Shown: positions 56,084-64,000 of the stretch, in pieces
Layout: the number at the start of each line of letters is the position of its first letter
Position numbering within the stretch: position 1 is the first letter of the stretch
Origin: Paraspadella gotoi
Taxonomy: Eukaryota > Animalia > Chaetognatha
Direction: 5' to 3'
Assembly: GCA_051294375.1 (NCBI GenBank)
Contig: CM119265.1
Span: forward strand, 2,022,311-2,086,310
DNA length: 64,000 bases
Made by a program: the position numbers and the translations under genes
The notes under the pieces: model-generated
The model's database searches: none
What the model saw: only the letters and a program-made list of their open reading frames with translations
Told to the model about the DNA's origin: nothing

Positions 56084-59000
56084 ATGACGACTCCAAGACG
56101 AACTCTACTCCTCTGTGCATGCGCGTCCCTCTTCGGACCCTCGACGTCTCTCGTCCACGACGGGGCGCATCTGGACGACGTTCTCCGCGACTACCGCGTC
56201 GTCACCGTCAAGCAGCTCAGATCCCGCACAGTTCGAGAAGCGCCGCTCAACCCGCGCTACTCTGTGCGAGAGGAATCCTTCGCCGCCTTTGGAAGGGATT
56301 TCCGACTCGTGCTCGCGCCGAAGAGAGGTGAAGGGACGGACTAACAATGTCGAGTATTTGGTTTCACTTCCAATGAGGTATAGCTTCTTAATCTCATTTG
56401 CATGTAGCAGCAAATGGAATTTTATTATTTTTATTGGTATAATATTTTTTTTCATTATTTTTATTTGTATTATTTGTTCATATTTTCATACTGCACTTTT
56501 AATATTGACTAACGACTCCCTCTCCCTGCCTTGCCTTGCCCTCTCTCTCCTTGCCATGTCCTGTCCACGCCCCATTGTCCACAATGTCCACCTCCCATTG
56601 TCCAGGACTTCTCGCCCACGACTTTCGAGCCTTCGGCGTCGACGGCGACGGAAATCGCCGTCAGGTCGACGTTGATCAGAACTTCGCCTTCGAGGGATTC
56701 GTTTATGGAGAACCTTCGTCCAAAGGTTCATTCGTCATCTCTTTTATATTGGCATTCCTTGGGAGACTGGGACGGCGAGCTCAATCCGACTCTTTTTTCG
56801 TTTTTTGTTTTTTGTTTTTTTACATGGGACGGCGAGCTCAATCCGACTCTTTTTTGTTTTTTTACATGGGACGGCGAGCTCAATCCTACTCTTTTTTGTT
56901 TTGTTATTTTTTTTTACATGGGCACCTTTTTTCATCTTTCCCTTTCCCCCACTCTTCCTCCTTTTTACCCAACTTTCTCCCACTTTTTTCCCCTCCGCCC
57001 CCCTGAAAAACAGTCCAAGCGACTTACGAAGATGGACGCCTCAACGCCAAAATCGTCACGGCGGACGAGACATATTACGTGGAGCCGTCGGACCGTCACC
57101 TCAACTGGACCAAGATGGATTCTATGATTGTTTACAAAGAGTCCGACGTGAAGGATGATATATCGTAAGTTGGGAAAAGAAAAATAATATTGTGTGTCGT
57201 TATATTCATGCCGCCTCACGTCCATCATTGTTCGGCCAATCCCATTGGCTCAGAGGTGGAACGCACCATCCCAGGTGTTGTGTTCCTTCCACAGTCCTAA
57301 CGACTTCCCTCTGCGTTGGCAAAGCGAGACCGTCCTAGAGTAACCGCGCCAGTGACTGGAGGCGTCACTGAGGGTTGGAAGCCCCCAAAGCCAATGGGCA
57401 TCACAGACAACCCGGCTGTTGCCATAATTGATTATTTCAGGTCAAGGTATGGCAAAGAACAACGTGAGTTACAGAACAGGAATAAAGGGTTTAAAACGGT
57501 AAGATATTCTGAGGAAATATATTGACCACTTGGTCGGCTACTAATTTAGTCCAATTGCATACAACGAATATCGAGAGAGAGAGAGTTGCTGTTTGCTTGT
57601 TCGCATGATTATTATCACTTTTCCATAACTTTATCACCATATTAGCTTCTCACAATATAACAGTTCGCGCAAATCCTGCGGAGGTGGAATCCACTTCTCC
57701 GACAACTCGACGGCCTTCGACGAAGGCGTCGACTCTCCTCCTCCCGCCGAATCTTTCCGTCGACGCCGTCGCTTCGCCCCTTACACTCCGACGAGAAACA
57801 CTTGTCCCTTGCTCCTCGTCGCCGATCACACCTTCTTCGTCCACATGGGCAAAGGAGACGTGATCAAGACCATCTCTTATTTGGTGGCGTTGATCGATCG
57901 AGTCGATTCCATCTATCGACGAACGACTTGGAACGATCTCGGCATGACGGCCATGGGATTCGAGATCAAGGAGATCATCATCCACGAAGAATCCAACAAG
58001 AACCACGCCCACTACAATCATCATCGATCGGAGGACGTGTGGAATGTTCAGGATTTGTTGGAGGCGAGTCCGGGGTTTTTGTTTGTTTGTGGGAAAAGGG
58101 AATATATTATTAAAAAGATCTAGGATCTCATTTATTATTAACTATTAAATTCAAATATTGTTTTTGAAATTGGTACAAATAATAATTATATAAAAATTAT
58201 TCATTCATTTAATAAATAAACTGTGGTGGCATATTCACTCCGCCTCATTTCCACCATCGTTCAGCCAATACCATTGGCTCAGAGGGGGAACACACCATCC
58301 CAGGCGTTGTGTTCAACTATCTTGCCCCTGACTTTGGACAGCCTTTGGTGGTTTAAGGCCTCCATCACTTTTACACGATACTAGAATTTGAAATTGATTT
58401 TTGGCCTCTAGATTTGTTATAAGCGTACGTAGGTATTATGTGTCGATTTACCTGGACTTTCTCCACCTTCAGTCATTTTCCCGCCACCGACGCAACCAAC
58501 GCTACTGCCTCGCTCATTTATTCACGCATCAAGGATTTCTCGGTTATGTCCTCGGACTCGCCTACATAGGATCTCCGCGGAAGACGACTGTCGGAGGAAT
58601 CTGCACCAAAGAGTATAAGAGCGGAAAGCGAAATCTATTTCTCAATACAGGTTGGCGGGAAAACATGAGTCATCTTATGAAATTGTGGTGCAACCAATGA
58701 AATGTTTAAAATTCTCTTTACAAAACAATTAATAATCGTCAATAAATAATTATTAAATAATAAGCCACGGTCTTTATCATCTGAAATTATCTCCAACGTT
58801 ACTACTTTATTTCATTGTCAGAAAATAGACAACAGTCCGTTATCATCCCTCGCAGGTTTGAGCAGCACAAAGAACGTGGCGGGTCGACGGATTTTGACCC
58901 GAGAGGCGGATCTGGTCACAGCCCACGAGCTCGGTCACAATTGGGGATCAGAACACGACCCTGACACCGAGGAGTGTTCGCCCAAACCTCGCGACGGAGG

Positions 59001-60356
59001 CTCTTACATCATGTACACTTACTCGGTGAGTCTTTATCATCTTTTCTTCATTTAATTTCTTTTTTAAATTTTATTTAACCTTTAACCTTTATTTCCAGGT
59101 GAGCGGAATGGAGCGGAACAACCGCGTATTCTCTCCCTGCAGCAAACGATCTATCAACGCCGCCCTCGAATCCAAATCCGCTTCTTGTTTCGCCCGAAAG
59201 TCTGAATCTTTTTGCGGGAATTCGCACAAGGAACCGGGAGAGGAATGCGACGCGGGCGTGGCCGGAAAACACGGTGGGCGGCTCCGTCATTGTTGTCTTT
59301 TTTTTTGGGGGGGGAGGTTTATAACTAATACCGTAACGTTCATTCTCCTAGACGAAGACAAATGCTGCACGCCGAAATGCAAACTGCGCCGCCGCGCCGT
59401 CTGTTCCCCGTCCAACTCGCCCTGCTGCGCCGACGATTGCCAGTTTCGCTCGGCGGGGTTCGTCTGCGCTCGCGAAGATCTCAACGATCGCACGTGCACG
59501 GGAAACGCTACGTGTCCCGGGGACTCGGATCAATGCGGTCAACCCCGGCCTAAGCCTCGAGGATCTCCCTGCATGGAGAGAGGACAATGTGAGATTTGAA
59601 CTTCAAACTTCGTTTTAACGTCGGCGATTTGAGAGCGAGACGTTTTCATTTGTTTTTAAGGTAATGCGGAAGGCGCTTGCCTTTCATATTGTCAAACTCT
59701 TAATCGCGTTTCCTGCGTATGCGCGAATCCGGCCGACATGTGCAAATGGTGTTGCAAATCCGGCGAAAACGCCACCTGCGAACCGCAAACAGAAGAAATA
59801 ATGCCGGAAGGGTCGCCCTGTCCTTTTGGGTGAGTTTGGAGGGTAGGACAGTTCTGGGATTTTTGGATAAAAACCTACTCGGCCAGACACCAAGAGTGAA
59901 AAAAAAAACACATTTCCGTTCAGCTACTGCAACTCCAAGGGCGAATGCAAAAAGATAAAACAGGACATGATCGAACGGTTCTTCTACATCATCGAGAAAC
60001 TCGACACCAGCTACATGGTGAAGATCATGCGACGCAACATCGTCGGCACCATCCTCATCTTCTCGGCTCTGATTTGGATCCCCGCCAGCTGCATCATCAC
60101 GTGGGTCGACCGAAAGCAAGAGGCCGTCGAGCGAGAAGAGTGGGAGTGGTACATGAAGGAACACTTCGTTCCGGCCAACCTCACGTCCGGGATTCGACCG
60201 AAGATCGTCAAGCGTCCGAGAGGATCGTCAAAGCGATTTGGCGCCGAGTCGAGGGTGAGTTGGGGAAAATCAGAATCCTGGTATTCAATTGTTTTGTTTT
60301 TTATATTTGGAATTATTTTTGTCACGTCCTTTTTTTTTTTCGTCAAACTCATCTAG
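56084..60356 (+). CDS. ADAM17: ADAM17/TACE metalloprotease, ~10 exons; last exon boundary uncertain
   Basis: Signal peptide, cysteine switch RKSCGG, furin site [29 protein letters not shown], disintegrin EECDAG, membrane-proximal [12 protein letters not shown] and [18 protein letters not shown]. Confidence 0.93.
56768..56922. repeat. ~40-55-bp imperfect tandem repeat (GGGACGGCGAGCTCAATCC.ACTCTTTTT...) x3
   Basis: Three direct copies in ADAM17 intron 2. Confidence 0.8.
57193..57426 (-). mobile_element. Second solo-LTR-like copy of family B, in an ADAM17 intron
   Basis: Aligns to 53979-54234 with a ~20-bp deletion; ATTG 4-bp TSD on both sides. Confidence 0.8.
58222..58376. repeat. Truncated family B copy fused to a ~55-bp repeat also found at ~19543-19597
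   Basis: 58222-58315 matches the family B end; CTTGCCCCTGACTTT.GACAG.CTTTGGT.GTTTAAGGCCTCCATCACT is shared with the UAP56 intron. Confidence 0.7.
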
Positions 60357-61294
60357 AGCTGATAAAGGGCGGGAAATGACAGTAAGTTCTGATTTGAAGA
60401 GATTTTATACTTCTGGTTTTTCGGTTCTTTTTTTTTTAAATTTCTTGAGCATGAGAGTATCTACTCGTCTTGTATATACAATTATACATGCTTTCTTTTG
60501 AGGACAATTTTTTTACGTAGTGCCTTCTGGCCCTTGAGCTGCGGGATTGGTCGTTTTTACAAAATAATGCTTTTCTGGATACCATTTGCGCAGTTCAGAA
60601 CGATTATAACCGAAATCTGAAAAGATTTTGTATTTGTATCGATTAGGAATTTCTCTTTTATTTTAAATTTTTACTTTATGTTAATTATTGATAAGTACAA
60701 ATAAAATAATAAATTGGTGTCTATTGTCTTGTATAATAGTTTGATTTTCGTTATAATCGAGTAGCTGCACGTGCATTGTGTAAAGGGTGCTCGATAATCA
60801 TTGCTCGTCAAGTAGTCATGAATATAATTTTTTTTTCCTTTCTCGTGTGTCTTTGCAGAAAGACCCTTCATTGCAATTGGGACCCGGAGTTCACTTCGAA
60901 GGCGTCGACCATTCTGACTGGGACCCCGAGGGGGAGACGACTCCGTTGTGAATCACCAACTCTTCCAAAGGCACCACTTCAAAAAAAAAAAAAAAAAAAT
61001 CATTGCCAAAACACTTTTTTTCCACTTCGAGTTTTATGTTTTTGAACGATACATATTGAAAATATGATCATCTTGACTTTGAAACGACGGATCTCCGAAT
61101 TTCACGAAAAAACCCTCAATTTTGGAACTGTCACCCCAGCAATCCGCATGACTGTCTTGTCCCTATTTACATGCTTCGACTAACGCCCCTTTATTTTTTC
61201 TCTTATGGCTTCAACCAAAGTTTCATTCTGTTGATTAGTTACTAGTTGCCATGACAATCTGCTGGGATTTTATGTCAATTTCAAGCCTTTTAAT

Positions 61295-63329
61295 TAGAGA
61301 TTCCTTAACCGTTAAAAATTAACCGTTAAATACGGGTGAAAATTTGTATATCTTAACCGTTAATTTTTTTTTAATGGTTATGTTCGGTTAAATTTAATTT
61401 TTTTCAATTTAGATATTTTGGTAAAAATATTTTGTTTTCTTAAACTTATATTTTATATTCTATTTTCTTAAACCAAAGTGAAGCGCTCAAATGAGACTAA
61501 CATTTTTTATATAAAATATAAGTTTTTATATTTATTATGAAGTGACAGAGAGGAGAGGGGGTATAGTGGTTACAGCTGGGTAGCGAAGCTGTATGAAATT
61601 TTATGGTGTCCACCTTACTACGATAAGGGTGAAACAATTTCGACGCGGCCACGGCAAGAATGTAGTCGGGCATTGCTAGGTTCACCCCGCCTATAAGCAT
61701 GACTCTTTCAGTTGTGACCGGTGGCTCATTGAGTAAAGCCATCAGCTCATGACCACTAGGTACCGGGTTCAATCCCAACTCGGTACCTACCCGCGGGAAA
61801 GAGTGAGGACGGCCGTAACCGCCTTGGGGGCGTGGCAAACCCTCAAGCCTGGTTCCAAGCCCAGGACCCGTTCCATGTCTGCTAGAGGGGGTTATAGAAG
61901 TTACGGATAGTCATCTTCAGCCCACTATGCGCCTTATCCACACTGGTGACCATCCTGTCGAGCGATATCCAACCTTCTGATTCCAGGCCCATGGACGCCG
62001 AAGATTGCTCCCCTCCCTCCACTGGAAGCAGTGCAGGGTGGTTACAATCTGGGGGGCATGTAGTCGGGCATTGCCTAGGTTCACCCCGCCTATAAGCATG
62101 ACTCTTTAAGTTGTGACCCGGTGGCTCATTGAGTAAAGCCATCAGCTCATGACCACTAGGTACCGGGTTCAATCCCAACTCGGTACCTACCCTGCGGGAA
62201 GAAGTGAGGACGGCCGTAAGCCGCCTTGGGGCGTGGCAAACCCTCAACCTGGTTCCAGCCCAGGACCCGTTCCATGTCTGCTAGAGGGGGTTATAGAAGT
62301 TACGGATAGTCATCTTCAGGCCCACTTAGCGCCTTATCCACAAGAACTAAAGTTACAAAGCGAGCAAAAACCAAGTTACAATTTTGTTTATATTTTACAA
62401 AGACAAAGTGGTCATTTCTAAAACACTGGGCCGAGCAGAATGTTCTGACACTTCCATGTGGAGTCGCCATGCCTCTCTGTGGACGTGGACAAGCCCCACA
62501 CTTAATGTGGGGTCGTCATGCCTCTCTGTGAGCGTGGACAACCCCCACACTTAGTGTGCCCAGTGGGTCTGGGAGATTTTTCCATCAGTTGCTTTGCTTT
62601 CCGGAACTTTGGATCCGGCGGTTGGCTTGCTACCGGTGGCTTAACTGGCCCGTCATTTTTTTCGCAAGAACTGTTCCGACCAGAGCTAAAAACCGGGACC
62701 ATTGGGTTCGGAGATGAAGCATTAGCCCAGAGCGCTATTACGGCTCTGATAATTACAATAATTACAATTATTTATTTTATATTATATTATATTTCGCCTC
62801 AGTTATTTTCTGTCTTTTTCCCTCTTATTTTTTGACCCTACTTAAGTTGTCCTCATGCGTTCTGCAAATTATTTACTAGTCGGTCTTTTGTCATTCGTTT
62901 GTCGATCTCTGAGTCGTAATTTGGCGAAACTCATGACTTTCAAAAGCAGCCATCGCCCCGTCCTGAACTTGAGTTTTACAGGATTTTTATTAACATTTTG
63001 ATATAAAATACAAGTTTCTAAATATTCATCTCTACTTTTCATTCATTCATTTACTAAATATTCAGCGGAAAAGATTCATGAAAACCTACGTCACACTTTT
63101 AAGGGACGGACGACACTGGAACGCTTGATATCACGAGCGTGATATATACCAAGTTATTTCAAAATTTTTGTATTTTTGTATTAGTGTATTCTATATATTG
63201 AAATAAGATTAGAATACAAAGTTTTAATTGTTTTCCTTCTTTTTTTGCATTTATATTATCAAATAAGTCAAGTCACTAAATTAACCGATTTATAAAGTCA
63301 ATTTTTTATTAACGGTTAAGGAAACTCTA
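61295..63329. mobile_element. Putative non-autonomous TIR DNA transposon (hAT-like ends) hosting the TRIM
   Basis: 21-bp TIRs TAGAGATTCCTTAACCGTTAA / TTAACGGTTAAGGAAACTCTA (1 mismatch), subterminal TTAACCG repeats, and flanks CTTTTAAT/AGTTTAAT (6/8, possible decayed TSD). Confidence 0.55.
61661..62342 (+). mobile_element. Complete TRIM (family A): LTR 61661-61942, 116-bp internal region, LTR 62059-62342; tRNA-like sequence inside the LTRs
   Basis: TG..CA LTRs, PBS-like TGGTGACC at 61944, G-rich PPT-like GGGGGG before the 3' LTR, AGAA 4-bp TSD. Confidence 0.9.
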
Positions 63330-63553
63330 AGTTTAATCGTTATTTTATCTTTTACAGCTTTCTAAAGCTTAGTTTATAGAGAGTTAGTTCTAGTTATTAT
63401 TTTTTTATTATTGGTTGCTTCGACTTTGCTCACCGTTGCCTTTTTTCCCCATTTTGACAAAACGCGTGATAATTTTGATTCGATGACCATTGAGTTAAAT
63501 TACTCATTTTCGGCTTTTAATAACCAGCGAAAGCAGAGAAATAAATTACCATC

Positions 63554-64000
63554 ATGGAAAACGACCCCAAGGAAAAGATGGATCCAAAGACAGAGAACGC
63601 CTCTCAAATGGAACCGGAAACGGAGAACGTTTCCGAGATGGAACCGGCGATAGCGAAAGGCGCCGAGGTTCCCTCTGACGACGAGCCCATGGACGATGAT
63701 GCAGGCGACGACGAAATGGAAGATTTTGATCTCGATCTCGAATCCTCTGAAGTCGATCTCGTTCATTGTCGTCTTCGCTCCATCGGTTCCGTCGATTGGG
63801 ATCAGTTCGTCCGCTTGCGGAGTCTCTGCCTGAGGAACAACCTCATCACCAAGCTGGAGCTTCTCGAACCCGTCGCCCACTCCCTCGAGCATCTCGACGT
63901 CTACGACAATCAGATCGTCAAGATCGAAAACCTGGAGTCGCTCGAGAAGTTGGAGAGTCTGGAGGTTTCCTACAATCGGATTCGGACGATCGAGAATCTC
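63554..64000 (+). CDS. PPP1R7: PP1 regulatory subunit 7 / Sds22 LRR protein, 5' part running off the window
   Basis: Acidic N-terminus, then VDLVHCRL, LCLRNNLITKLE, LDVYDNQIVKIENLE, LEVSYNRIRTIENL. Confidence 0.85.
   Translation, partial: MENDPKEKMDPKTENASQMEPETENVSEMEPAIAKGAEVPSDDEPMDDDAGDDEMEDFDLDLESSEVDLVHCRLRSIGSVDWDQFVRLRSLCLRNNLITKLELLEPVAHSLEHLDVYDNQIVKIENLESLEKLESLEVSYNRIRTIENL

Noticed and set aside
56768-56922. Repeat-spacer array
   Set aside because: The spacers are related T-rich variants of a tandem unit; intronic minisatellite.

Overview
Gene-dense, intron-containing animal (invertebrate-like) nuclear DNA with CpG-rich exons and AT-rich spacers. I can reconstruct 23 protein-coding genes, all on the + strand. 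In order: FIRRM/C1orf112-like (3' part), MRPS24, SMNDC1, ZCCHC10, a C2H2 zinc-finger gene, SNRNP27, ELOC, a polyhomeotic-like gene, DDX39B/UAP56, COPS6, CHCHD1, RIDA, MRPL30, ADCK1, ARPIN, a divergent POLRMT, WDPCP/fritz, an ENT/SLC29 transporter, BUD13, LIN52, H2A.Z, ADAM17 and PPP1R7 (5' part). Short spacers and apparently unpaired splice acceptors upstream of start codons suggest operon-like, trans-spliced transcription. Main oddities: (1) the ENT gene sits on the same strand inside an intron of WDPCP; (2) the mitochondrial-type RNA polymerase appears to lack its specificity loop; (3) several miniature LTR (TRIM) families carry Pol III-gene-derived sequence, tRNA-like in some and 5S-like in another, most with 4-bp TSDs; (4) GC donors and AAG acceptors are frequent, with one candidate GG donor; (5) an intron holds a ~450-bp near-perfect palindrome. 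Gene identities come from recalled protein motifs and exon models were read by eye; no database search was run.
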